From positions 322,817 to 386,816 of the forward strand of contig OZ316892.1 in NCBI GenBank assembly GCA_973895155.1: a stretch of DNA of 64,000 nt, written 5' to 3'. Positions 44,733 to 55,915 of the stretch are shown piece by piece. The position numbers were made by a program, and so were the translations under genes. Positions within the stretch are counted from its first letter, which is position 1. Each line of letters begins with the position of its first letter. A model generated the notes under the pieces. It did not search any database. It had not been told where the DNA came from and saw only the letters and a list, made by a program, of their open reading frames with translations. Source of the stretch: Marsupella aquatica (Eukaryota; Plantae; Marchantiophyta).

Positions 44733-47700
44733 ATGAGTGACTCGAAGAATAATGGAAGAATTAGCGTTGGTGGAGCTTTAGGATCGCGACGATCAGATGG
44801 TGAGTTTGAGGAGGAGATGCTACTGTTTGAGGAGGAACTAGTATCATCGGTATGATCACCAATGCGGCGTGCAGTGGAGGAAGTTGTACTACTACCAGAG
44901 CTGTCGGTAGTGGGGAAGAAGAGGCAGATGGCTAGATTTGGAGGAATAAAGTTTGAGGTGGAGAAGTACGATGGTCGTACTCATTACTTGCTATGGTAGA
45001 AGCAAGTGAAGGGTGTTCTTTGGGCCATGGGCTTAGCTCATTTGCTCTCATTGCAAGAGCAGTATGATGGAGAAGAGGAGATCTCAGAGAAGCAATGGAG
45101 ATAGGAGCAAGTGATTGTTGTCAATGCAGTGATGCTTTATCTCAAGCCGCATATCATCAAGAAGTTGGATGATTATGCGGATTGCGCATCACTGTTCAAG
45201 TCTCTAAGAGAGAAGTACCACCGGGAAGATGCGTCAGAACGTGAACCATGGAAGACCAGCGCAACGCACAAATAGGCAGAACAGATTTAGATCTACATCA
45301 CGGGGGAGATCTAAATCCAGAGGGAAATTGCAAGAGAGGAAGCCTCTTGCATGTTTGAGATGTGGCAAGCCTGGCCACATGAAATGGGATTGTCGAGTAA
45401 AGAACCCTACTGCATCAGCTAACTCGGCATCAAGCGCACATGAGATAGATTTACTCGATGATGATGACATATTATGATGTCAAGGTTTTGCTCTCAACGT
45501 AGTGTCAAATCCAGGTAGTGATGACTGGATTCTAGATAGTGCATGTACTTTTCACATTTGTTCTAGAAGAGATTTTTTTAGTTCTTACACGGTTTCCAAC
45601 GGGTCAGTGTTGATGGGAAATGGAATCCCATGTCAAGTAGTTGGACTTGGATCTGTTAGATTTCAGATGTTTGATGGTGCTGTAAGAACGTTGAGGAATG
45701 TGAGACATATTCCTAGCATGATGAAAAATCTCATTTCACTTGGAGTTTTAGAAGCAAATGGCCATTGGTGGAGTTCTGCTAATGGTGTCCTTCAGGTTTC
45801 AACTGGTACTAAAGTTGTATTGAAGAAAAAGAGACATAAAAATCTATACGCTTTGGAGGGCAATGTAGTCTGTGATGAAGCCAATGTAACCTTATCTCAT
45901 GAGACGACCCGGCTATGGCACTTCCGCTTGGGCCACATGAGTGAAAAAGGTTTGGTTATTCTTCAGAAAAAGGGATTACTTTCTAATTTGCAATCTTGTA
46001 AGTTGGAATTCTGTGAACATTGTGTGCTTGGGAAGCAGCACAGAAAACCCTTTGGATTTGGAACTCACACCAGCAAGAAGGTACTTGAGTATGTACATAG
46101 TGATGTGTGGGGTCCAGCCCCTACTCCCTCACATTCTGGACGGTTATACTATGTCACGTTCATAGATGATTACTCAAGGTATGTGTGGATATACTTTCTA
46201 CACAATAAGTCTGATGTTTTTGCCACTTTTAAAGAGTGGAAAGCCCAAGTTGAGAATCAGACTGGTAATAAGGTGAGATATCTTTGATCGGATAGCGGCA
46301 CTGAATACAGTTCCGAGGAATTTGGAACGTATTGTAAGGAGCAAGGGATTACCCGCCATCTCACAATAAGTTATACTCCTCAACAGAATGGTGTTTCTGA
46401 GAGGCTCAACCAAACACTATTGGAACGCTCGAGGAGTATGTTGAGTCAATCATGCTTACCACATGAGTTTTGGGCTAAAGCTGTCAACATTGCAGCTTAT
46501 TTGGTAAAATTTTCTCCATCCAGTTCTATTGGATTCAAGACGCATTTAAAATGAGGTACGGGCGTCCAACAGATTACTCACATCTGAGGATTTTTGGATG
46601 TGATGTTTATGTGCTTACACCTTCCCAGCTTCGATCCAAGTTGGAGACCAAGTCAAAGAAGTGCATTTTCCTTGGCTATCAGAAAGGTGTGAAGGCTTAT
46701 CGGTTATGGGATCCAGTAACCTATAAACTAATTGTCAGTAGAGATGTGTCCTTTAATGAATCCAGATCATCAAAGGAGGGGGAGAGTTCTCAAGACTCCC
46801 ATACTAACAAGGGGGGATCTCCCATCCTGGACCGGGTTGAGGGGGAGATTAGTCATGATGATGTTCATAACAGGAGAGATGGAGAATCTCTAGGCTTGGA
46901 GTTGGTTCTTGTGTTGGAACAAGAGGAGCAGATTGTTGCTGGGGTACCTCAAATTCATCCAGCAACAACAGATCAACCTGAGTCATCTACTAGAAGAACT
47001 TCTAGTCGTTCTACTAGAGCTCCTATCAGGTATGGTCAATGGGCAGACTCATCTAAGCTGGATGATATTGACATTGCACCTAATGATGATATGGCTTTGA
47101 TCTTGGAAGAAGGAGAGCCTTCTTCGTACAGTGAGGCTTGTGCTTCAGAGCATAAGCATGAGTGGAACGCAACAATGTAGAGGGAGTTGCAATCTTTGAG
47201 TGACAACAAGACATGGGACCTGGTGGAGCTTCCAAGAGGTCAGCAAGTGGTAGACAGCAAGTGGATTTACAAGTTGAAGGACAGTCCTTCAGAGGGTGGA
47301 GACAAGATCTACAAGGCAAGGCTTATTGCCAAGGATTCACTTAGGAGAAAGGAGTGGATTACAATGAGGTCTTTTCACCGGTGGCTAAGTATTTCATAAT
47401 TCGGATCTTGTGTCAGCTTATTGTATTTCTTGGTCTGGTGATGGATCAGATGGACGTTGTTACTGCTTTTCTCTATGGCAACTTGGAAGAGATGATCTTC
47501 ATGAGACAGCCAGTAGGCTTTATGAAGAAGGGCCAAGAGAACTTAGTTTGCAAATTGCTCAAGTCCTTGTATGGATTGAAGCAAGCTCCTAGACAGTGGA
47601 ACAAGCGGTTTGATGATTTCATGTTTGCTCAAGGTTTTACAAGGATGGTGTATGATCCTTGTGTGTATACAAAATCAGTCAAGAATGATGTGTTTGGTTT

Positions 47701-48436
47701 CATCACTGTGGTTCTCTATGTGGATGACATGCTAATTGTGGCTAAAGATCAATCTGAGGTTGACAGACTCAAGACGACATTGAGTTCTAAATTCAGGATG
47801 AAGGATCTTGGTAAGGCCAAGAGGATCTTAGGGATGGAGATTTTTAGGAACTCTGACACTGGATAGTTGTGCTTGAATCAAGGTAAGTATGCAAGGAAGG
47901 TACTTGCACGATTCAACATGGAGGATTGTAAGCCAGTGAGTATTCCTTTAGCTTCACATTTCAAGTTATCATCGGCTTTCTCTCCAACGGATGCTGTGGA
48001 GAAAGGTTTGATGCTAAGATTCCTTATGAGAAGGCAGTAGGCAGTCTGATGTATTTGATAACTTGTACTAGGCCTGACTTGGCCCTAGCAATGGGCAAGG
48101 TTAGCAGATTCATGTCAAATCCAGGGAAGGTACATTGGGAAGCTGTGAAATGGATTCTCAGGTATCTAAAGGGAACACAAGACTATGGATTACTATTTGA
48201 TGCCAGATCAGATAGAACGTTAGTTGGCTATGTAGATTCTGACTATGGAGGCTGTCTGGATACAAGGAGGTCTACAACTGGGTATGTGTTTACTCTTGGA
48301 GGAGGCTGTATCAGTTGGAAATCTACCTTGCAGAAGTGTATATCTCAGTCTACTATAGAAGCAGAGTATGTTGCAGCAGCAAAAGCAGCAAAGGAAGCAA
48401 TTTGGTTGGACAAGTTGATCGCAAAGATGGGTTTAG
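44733..48436 (+). pseudogene. Copia A gag-pol (PR, IN, RT, RNase H); multiple stops, frameshifts and a gag deletion; continues at 54484-54736
   Basis: CLRCGKPGHMKWDC, WILDSAC, WHFRLGH, HSDVWGP, LYGLKQAPRQW and YVDD motifs. Confidence 0.92.
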
Positions 48437-48696
48437 TGTTGAGCATAGACAACGATCGCAACGGCAAGCCCATGAACCATCCAACGCACAATAGTCGACA
48501 CAAGAGATACGTGGTTCACCTCCTTGAGGCTACGTCCACGGGAACACACAAGAGAGCTTTACTGAACTCTAAGCCCGTCGGCTATACCGAGTCTCCACAG
48601 TGTAAGCTCTCCATATCTCTCAAGTGGCTCCATAACAATGAGCCTTGGTTCTACCTCTCCAAGCACACATGCCTCTTATGATATAGTGTGCAACTT

Positions 48697-48832
48697 AGTT
48701 GTACCTAACCACATAGTTGTACCTAATCACGTAGTTGTACCTAACCACATAGTTGTACCTAATCACGTAGTTGTACCTAACCACGTAGTTGTACCAACCC
48801 ACGTTGTTGTACCAACCACGTCATACCTAACC
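48697..48832. repeat. 18-bp tandem array (TAGTTGTACCTAACCAC[A/G], about 7 copies) in the Copia B LTR; also at ~54323-54458
   Basis: Directly visible; translates as VVPNH repeats. Confidence 0.9.
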
Positions 48833-49048
48833 TAGACGTAAGAGTAAATACCCAACAATCTTCCCCTTGACTCTGGTCTAGGGGAGAGTAATACTGCCAA
48901 TGTATATGATCCCTCAGCGGGAAGTTCTGGACAGAAACCAAACCGGTTTCCCTCTCTAACTAGAGCAAACCAGAACTAAGCCGTAGCCTAATACATAGGA
49001 ATGAGGAAGAGCATATATCAGTAATTACAATGAATGTTTAAGAAAACT

Positions 49049-52000
49049 CTACTTGTGATGCAATTGCAAAACCTGCAATACGTCACGGTGTCTAGAGAAA
49101 CTCTCCAAAGGAATCACTTTGGTAAATGCGTCAGCCGGGTTGAGTTTACCATCAATCTTGACTAGCTCAAACAAATTATCAGACACAGCCTGCCTGATAA
49201 AATGGTACCTGACGTCAATGTGCTTCACTCTGCTGTCCATCACCTGGTTCACAGCAAGGTGGAGCGCACTTTGACTATCACAATGGAGCTTCACATTCCC
49301 CTGTGGCAATCCCATTTCAGTGATAAGTCTATCCAACCAAATCGCTTCCTTTGCTGCTTCCGCAGCTGCAACATACTCCGCTTCTGTAGTAGACTGAGCA
49401 ATACACTTCTGCAAAGTAGACCTCCAACTTATGCATCCACCGCCAAGTGTGAACACGTATCCTGTTGTTGATCTCCTTCGGTCCAAATCTTGTCCATAGT
49501 CAGAATCTACATAGCCAATCAATGATCTAGCATTCTTTGCATTCGCATCAAATAAAAGACCATGATCCACGGTACCCTTCAAGTACCTGATAATCCACTT
49601 CACTGCTTCCCAGTGTACCTTCCCTGGATTCGACATGTACCTGCTCACCTTGCCCATAGCCATGGCAAGATCAGGTCTAGTGCAAGTCATCAAATACATG
49701 AGACTCCCTACTGCCTTGTCATATGGAACCTTTGACATCAACCCCTTCTCTGTGTCATCCGTAGGACAGAACGCTGATGATAACTTGAAGTGTGGAGCCA
49801 ACGGGGTACTTACTGGCTTGCTATTCTCCATGTTGAACCTTGCAATTACCTTCCTCGCATAACTGCTCTGCGTCAACCATAGCTTGCCAGCCTCCAAGTC
49901 CCTAGTGATCTCCATACCCAAAATCCTCTTAGCTGGCCCTAAGTCCTTCATCTTAAACTCTGCACTAAGCAGTGCCTTGAGTTTAACAATCTCAGACCTA
50001 TCCTTGGCTGCAATTAGCATGTCATCCACATAAAGTACTAAAATAATGAACCCAAAGACAACATTCTTCACCGGTTTCAAATACACACAAGGGTCAAATA
50101 CACTTCTGTGAAAACCTTGTGACCGAATCCAATCGTCAAACCGCTTGTTCCACTGTCTTGGTGACTGCTTCAACCCATACAAGGATTTCAGCAATCTGCA
50201 AACCAATTCCTCCTGTCCTCTCTTCACAAAACCTAGCGGTTGTCTCATGAAGATCACCTCTTCCAATGTGCCATAGAGGAAAGCTGTGACAACATCCATC
50301 TGATCTAGGAGCAGACCAAACATTACAACAAGTACACACAATAGTCGTATTGTAGAGTACTTAGCAACTGGTGAGAAGACCTCATTGTAATCCACACCTT
50401 TCTCTTGTGTGAATCCCTTTGCTACCAATCTAGCCTTGTAGACCTTCGATCCACCTCCTATGGAATTATCCTTCAGCTTGTAAATCCACTTGCTGTCCAC
50501 CATTTGCTGACCCTTAGGCAGCTTAACAAGCTCCCAAGTTTTGTTGTCCTTTAGTGACTGCATCTCCGTTTGCATTGCTGCAGTCCACTTCTGCTTCTCT
50601 TTTGAAGCACTTGCCTCATGAAATGAAGAAGGTTCTCCTTCTTCCAAAATTAACGCATCACCCTCATCATCAGCTGTAAAATCATCCTCTTGCAGTTGAG
50701 ATGAATCAACCCACTGTCCATACCTTGATGGAGCGCGTACAGTGCGACCAGATGTTCTTCTAGCCGATGACTCCGGTTGATCTGCGTGTGCTGGTACAAT
50801 TTGAAGCTCAACAGCATCCACTTGTTGCTCACCAGCATCAACAAACTCCTCTGGTTCCTCTGGCATAGGAACCAGCTCCATAATTGGAGCAACTCCTTCT
50901 CTCCGGTCATGCACCTCATAACCAATCTCCCCCTCAACGAGATCCAGGATAGGAGATTTTCCTTTGTCAGTACGGGAGACCTGAGTATTCTCCCCCTCCT
51001 TCAATAATCTGGATTCATTGAAGGAAACATCCCTACTGACAACGAGCTTACAGGCAATAGGATCCCATAGCCTATAGGCTTTCACACCACTCTGGTACCC
51101 AAGAAAAACACATTTCCTGGAGGTAGGATCCAACTTGGTCCTATTCTGCTTTGGTGTGAGAGCATATGCATCACTTCCAAAAATTACCAAGCCATGATAG
51201 TCTGCTTGCCGCTTATAGCGCATCTCAAACGGCATTTTGAAATTGATAGCACTAGAAGGAGAAAGATTTACCAAATAAGCTGCGGTATTGACAGCTTCTG
51301 CCCAAAATTCTTGTGGTAAACCTGATTGGCTCAACATACTCCGTGACCGCTCCAACAGTGTCCGATTGAGCCTCTTAGCGATACCATTCTGCTGCGGAGT
51401 ATAAACTGTGGTGAGATGGCGAGTTATCCCCTGTTCTGAACAGTACTCTTCAAATTCCATTGAAGTGTACTCCCCGCCGTTGTCTGACCTCAGACTCTTC
51501 ACCCTTGTATCCAAACACTTGATCGTGTTTCCAGTCTGATTCTCCACCTGGGCCTTCCACTTCTTAAAAATGGACAAGACATCAGACTTATGCGTCATGA
51601 AATAAATCCACACAAATCTTGAGTAATCATCAATAAATGATACATAGTACAACTTTCCAGAGTGTGAGGGAGTCGGGGATGGACCCCACACGTCACTATG
51701 TATGTACTCAAGAACCGCTTTGGAACGATGAGTTCCAACACCAAAAGCACGACGATGCTGCTTTCCAAGAATGCAATGCTCACAAAACTCTAATTTACAA
51801 GATTGCAAATCAGAAATGAGTCCATTCTTCCGTAAGATAGCCAAACCCTTCTCACTCATGTGGCCTAGCCGTGAATGCCACAGTTGAGTCATCTCCTCGT
51901 GAGACTTGGTTACATTGGCCTCTCCACATACAGTATTGCCCTGTAACACATACAAATTCTTTTGTCTACTCCCCTTCAAAATCACTGTCTCTCCCGACCT

Positions 52001-52291
52001 GACTTGAAGTTCACCATCAATAACGCTCCATTGATGACCATTTGAATCCAACACACCGAGTGAAATCAGATTCTTACGCATGCCAGGTACATACCTGACT
52101 CCGGACACTGTGCGCGCAGCGCCATCAAACATTTGAATCTTCACAGACCCAATTCCCTCAATTTGACAGGAGTGATCATTTCCCATCAGAACTGAACCGT
52201 TTGAAACAGAGTAAGAACTGAAAAACTCACGAATGTAACAAATATGAAAAGAGCAAGCACAATCAAGAATCCACACATCATCTGCTCTCAT
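49049..52291 (-). CDS. pol: Copia B Pol (PR-IN-RT-RNase H), 1,080 aa
   Basis: WILDCAC, WHSRLGH, CEHC, RSDNGGEY, PQQNG, LYGLKQSPRQW, YVDD, YVDSD and KHIDVRYHF. Confidence 0.96.
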   Translation of the reverse strand: MRADDVWILDCACSFHICYIREFFSSYSVSNGSVLMGNDHSCQIEGIGSVKIQMFDGAARTVSGVRYVPGMRKNLISLGVLDSNGHQWSVIDGELQVRSGETVILKGSRQKNLYVLQGNTVCGEANVTKSHEEMTQLWHSRLGHMSEKGLAILRKNGLISDLQSCKLEFCEHCILGKQHRRAFGVGTHRSKAVLEYIHSDVWGPSPTPSHSGKLYYVSFIDDYSRFVWIYFMTHKSDVLSIFKKWKAQVENQTGNTIKCLDTRVKSLRSDNGGEYTSMEFEEYCSEQGITRHLTTVYTPQQNGIAKRLNRTLLERSRSMLSQSGLPQEFWAEAVNTAAYLVNLSPSSAINFKMPFEMRYKRQADYHGLVIFGSDAYALTPKQNRTKLDPTSRKCVFLGYQSGVKAYRLWDPIACKLVVSRDVSFNESRLLKEGENTQVSRTDKGKSPILDLVEGEIGYEVHDRREGVAPIMELVPMPEEPEEFVDAGEQQVDAVELQIVPAHADQPESSARRTSGRTVRAPSRYGQWVDSSQLQEDDFTADDEGDALILEEGEPSSFHEASASKEKQKWTAAMQTEMQSLKDNKTWELVKLPKGQQMVDSKWIYKLKDNSIGGGSKVYKARLVAKGFTQEKGVDYNEVFSPVAKYSTIRLLCVLVVMFGLLLDQMDVVTAFLYGTLEEVIFMRQPLGFVKRGQEELVCRLLKSLYGLKQSPRQWNKRFDDWIRSQGFHRSVFDPCVYLKPVKNVVFGFIILVLYVDDMLIAAKDRSEIVKLKALLSAEFKMKDLGPAKRILGMEITRDLEAGKLWLTQSSYARKVIARFNMENSKPVSTPLAPHFKLSSAFCPTDDTEKGLMSKVPYDKAVGSLMYLMTCTRPDLAMAMGKVSRYMSNPGKVHWEAVKWIIRYLKGTVDHGLLFDANAKNARSLIGYVDSDYGQDLDRRRSTTGYVFTLGGGCISWRSTLQKCIAQSTTEAEYVAAAEAAKEAIWLDRLITEMGLPQGNVKLHCDSQSALHLAVNQVMDSRVKHIDVRYHFIRQAVSDNLFELVKIDGKLNPADAFTKVIPLESFSRHRDVLQVLQLHHK

Positions 52292-52321
52292 AGATGATGT
52301 GCACAGGGCATACCCCCGGCT

Positions 52322-53356
52322 TCATAAAACATACTCATCATTGAGTAAATCAGCTTCTCCATCAGCCCTAGCCACATTTGCCGATGAAGTTTCCGCTGCC
52401 TTTCCCTTACAGTCTCGCTTGAAGTGTCCAACTTGGTTGCACTTCCAACATGTCACCTGCCTCCTCTGAGGGGATTTACCCTTGGACTTAGATCTGGATT
52501 TAGATCTAAACTGGGTTCTACGGTCCCCAGTTGGTCGCTGCATACTCCTCCCACGGTTAACATTGAGGGCAGCACCAGATGATGAAGGCTGTGACGTGAT
52601 GTGCATCTTCTGCTGAAGATCATCACTAAGCAGAGAACTTACCACGTCATTGTATGAAATGGTATCCCTATCACGATGCAACAACACTCGTGATAGGGAC
52701 TGGTAAGATGGAGGCAATGAACTAAGAAGCTGCAGAGCCTTCGTCTCATCATTCAAAGTCTCCCCAAGGTTTTCCAAGTCAACGACCATGTCGTTGAAAG
52801 CATCCACATGGTCTTGCAACTTCGTACCAGATTCCTTCATCCTGAAACTCATCAGTTTGTAGGAAGTGTAGAGCCGGTTCGACAACTCCTTGCGGTGATA
52901 CTTGCTCTGCAATTCCGCAAACAAGGACATGCAATCCTTATGTGCACCTAACTGCTTGATGATGGGAGGCATGAGATAGAGTGTAACACACCACACTCCC
53001 TGCTCCTGCATGCGGTCCCATTGTTTCTCATCAACATCGTCTTCACGAGGGCTCAGCAGTTGGCCCATCCCTGACGCATAAAGCACTCCCTTCACCTGCT
53101 TCTCCCATAGCAAGTAGTCAGAGCGCCCATCATACTTTGTCACTTCATACTTGGGTCCCCCAAGCTTGAAAGTCCCCATCTTCTTCTTTACCGTGAGCTC
53201 CGGTAGTAGTACTGCTTCCTCCACCACACGCCGCACCGGTGATGGTATCGGTGTCACGTGCTCTTCCTCCTGCTCCTCTCTCTGCCCCTGAAACCTCCGC
53301 GGTGATCCTCGTGCTTCAAGTTCCACGTCTTCGAAAAACTCCTCTGAATCACTCAT
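52322..53356 (-). CDS. gag: Copia B Gag, 344 aa
   Basis: KYDGRSDYLLW, LLSSLPPSY and zinc knuckle CWKCNQVGHFKRDC. Confidence 0.95.
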   Translation of the reverse strand: MSDSEEFFEDVELEARGSPRRFQGQREEQEEEHVTPIPSPVRRVVEEAVLLPELTVKKKMGTFKLGGPKYEVTKYDGRSDYLLWEKQVKGVLYASGMGQLLSPREDDVDEKQWDRMQEQGVWCVTLYLMPPIIKQLGAHKDCMSLFAELQSKYHRKELSNRLYTSYKLMSFRMKESGTKLQDHVDAFNDMVVDLENLGETLNDETKALQLLSSLPPSYQSLSRVLLHRDRDTISYNDVVSSLLSDDLQQKMHITSQPSSSGAALNVNRGRSMQRPTGDRRTQFRSKSRSKSKGKSPQRRQVTCWKCNQVGHFKRDCKGKAAETSSANVARADGEADLLNDEYVL

Positions 53357-54483
53357 ATGAGAAAGTCACAAAATATGTTGTTTTTCACAACTTCTCAAAA
53401 AACTCGAAACTCAACACCGCCGCGTAGCCCACAAAGCTAGGAGTCCAATACTGAAAATCAAAATCAAAATCGAAATTTGACGGAAAAGTTATTCAAATTT
53501 CGGTCGAGGTGGGTAAAACCTTGGGAAACTCCCCCGTTTTGACCACCTCAGGGAATAACCGAAATACCAAGTACAACCCGTTGTCGGAATTGCGATGTGA
53601 TTGGTGCGCTGCATTGCCAACTTCAATGGCTACGACCTCACTTGTCAACAACGAATGTTGATCAATTGCACTTGGTGCCGTCACCAAGTCCAACAAGGTA
53701 ATTGATTTTGCTTAGCCTTCCTCTTTGCATCAAAGAGCCAATCCCGGACTCAAAAACAATCGTCTTGCCTCAATCTCTCCGTTGAGTCAAAACACTTGAC
53801 GCTTCTCCCTCCGAGTCGATTGCCAACTTTCTTCACAAAATCCAGAACGACGAAAACTTAGATCTCTCTGCACCACGAGCTCCGTTCAACGATTTCTTCA
53901 CACCGTTAGAAAGCTTTTGCCCTGATCTATCCGTTGAGCCCATAAACTCCAAGTTCCATGCGATGGAACTCTGGAAAATCCACCAACACTCAACGCTGGA
54001 AAAACCGTCATGAAATCCCATCACGAACACACGTCACCTCCCAAGCATGCTCTGATACCAATTGTTGAGCATAGACGACGATCGCAACGGCAAGCCCATG
54101 AACCATCCAACGCACAATAGTCAACACAAGAGATACGTGGTTCACCTCCTTGAGGCTACGTCCACGGGAACACACAAGAGAGCTTTACTGAACTCTAAGC
54201 CCGTCGGCTATACCGAGTCTCCACAGTGTAAGCTCTCCCTATCTCTCAAGTGGCTCCATAACAATGAGCCTTGGTTCTACCTCTCCAAGCACACATGCCT
54301 CTTATGATATAGTGTGCAACTTAGTTGTACCTAACCACATAGTTGTACCTAATCACGTAGTTGTACCTAACCACATAGTTGTACCTAATCACGTAGTTGT
54401 ACCTAACCACGTAGTTGTACCAACCCACGTTGTTGTACCAACCACGTCATACCTAACCTAGACGTAAGAGTAAATACCCAACA

Positions 54484-54736
54484 TTTAGATCATGGAAAAA
54501 TGTCTCTAAACTGTGACAGTCAGAGTGCTCTTCACTTGGCTGCTAACCAGGTGATGGATAGTAGAGTGAAGCACATTGATATCAGGTACCATTTTATCAG
54601 GCAAGCAGTGTCTGACAAAACTTTTGAGCTAGTCAAGATTGATGGAAAGCTCAATCCCGCTGATGCCTTTACCAAAGTGATTCCTTTGGAGAGTTTCTCA
54701 AGACATAGTGCTACTTTGCAGGTTTTGCAATTGTAG
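54484..54736 (+). pseudogene. RNase H C-terminus of Copia A, displaced by the Copia B insertion
   Basis: CDSQSALHLA..KHIDIRYHF..NPADAFTK. Confidence 0.92.
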
Positions 54737-55290
54737 CGCAAGTAGAGTTATTTAGCAATGTGTGACTATTTGTATATGGATTACTCATTCCAATTTGGCT
54801 ATGACTTAGTTCTAGTTAACCCTTAGTAACCCTTGAATGTGGTTTTTAGGGGGAGACTTGTTTAGGTGATTGTCTAGAACTTCCCGTTGAGGATTTCATA
54901 TGGTAGCAATTAGTCCAGTCCCCAAGACAAGAGTCAAGGGGTAGTTTGTTAGGTATTGCTCTTAGTCTTGTGACTCTTGAGCTAACCACAATTAGGCTAA
55001 CTCAGGTTAGTACTTAGCTAAGGTTAGCGGTAGTGTTGTTGTGAATATAGCCAGGGCTGATGCCAGACCCTAGTGGAACTTAGGCTCATTGTTACGGAGC
55101 TAGTTGAGAGATAGGGAGAGCTTGCGCTGTGGATGCTTGGTATGGCCAGTTGGCCTAGAGTGCAGTAAAGGTCTTTGTGTTCCTGTGGACGTAGCCTCAT
55201 GTGGAGGTGAACCACGTATCTCTCTGTGTCGACTCTTGTGCGTTGGATGGTTCATGGGCTTGCCGTTGCGATTGTCGTCTATGCTCAACA

Positions 55291-55915
55291 CATGTCTTCT
55301 GACGGGTTTCGGACATGGGTTGTCGTCCGTTGGAGAGGTTCCACAATGACAACTTCAAGCTCGCCCAAGCCACTGCCGCCATCGGAAGACAGATCCACAA
55401 CTTCAGGATCTGTGCTTTTTAACTTAATTTGTGTCCTTGTTTGCAACCCCCCCAAACTTCCTCTTTTTTGATCTCGTTACCAGAACAATGTTAGGCCTGT
55501 GGGAATCTTCTACTAGTACCACATGAGCACCAGAAATGGTCTTCCCGCGCTTTATAGAAACCGTTTCTACATCTCCACTAAGGGGGTCCACCGACGTGAA
55601 CTTACGCAATTCTGGTTGCTCAAGTTATATTAATTGTGTTCAATTTTGAAAAGAAAGATTCCACATTCCCAAAGGAAGTAGCATCTTGAAGTCGGAGTTC
55701 AAATAGGCTTGGTCCCCGCCCTTTCCTCCCACTGTGTTGGTAGTGCTCCAAAGATGCAACCTGGCTTAGTGTTCGCGTAGCATCTAAGTTACAGGAAATT
55801 TGTACTAACCCAACCTTTCTATTAGACGACCATTTTTGCATGATCGCATGCACCGACTCTACCCCGCTGTGGTTAGGCATGAGCGCAATCTTTCCTCTAT
55901 CCATCTCCTACAATT
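55291..55915 (-). pseudogene. Fragment of a third, diverged MULE-like transposase (exon-2 region)
   Basis: MPNHSGVESVHAIMQKW..KVGL..GRGPSLFEL matches IPNYTGSESVHAGMKAW..KVGL..GRGPTIWEL of copy B. Confidence 0.8.

Larger units (their letters stand above)
48437..54483 (-). mobile_element. Young intact Ty1/Copia element B (421-bp LTRs 48437-48857 and 54063-54483) with TSD TTTAG
   Basis: Perfect 5-bp TSD (48432-48436 and 54484-54488). I count 3 LTR mismatches by eye. PBS at 54049-54060, PPT next to 48857. Confidence 0.97.
37365..55290 (+). mobile_element. Degenerate Ty1/Copia element A (LTRs 37365-37710 and 54947-55290) carrying nested insertions
   Basis: TG..CA LTRs of ~345 bp, tRNA-iMet PBS TGGTATCAGAGC at 37713-37724, PPT before 54947. 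Flanks CTGAA / CATGT do not match. Confidence 0.88.

Noticed and set aside
48638-48835. VVPNH-repeat ORFs or a CRISPR-like array
   Set aside because: It is a simple 18-bp tandem repeat in an LTR, with no spacers.
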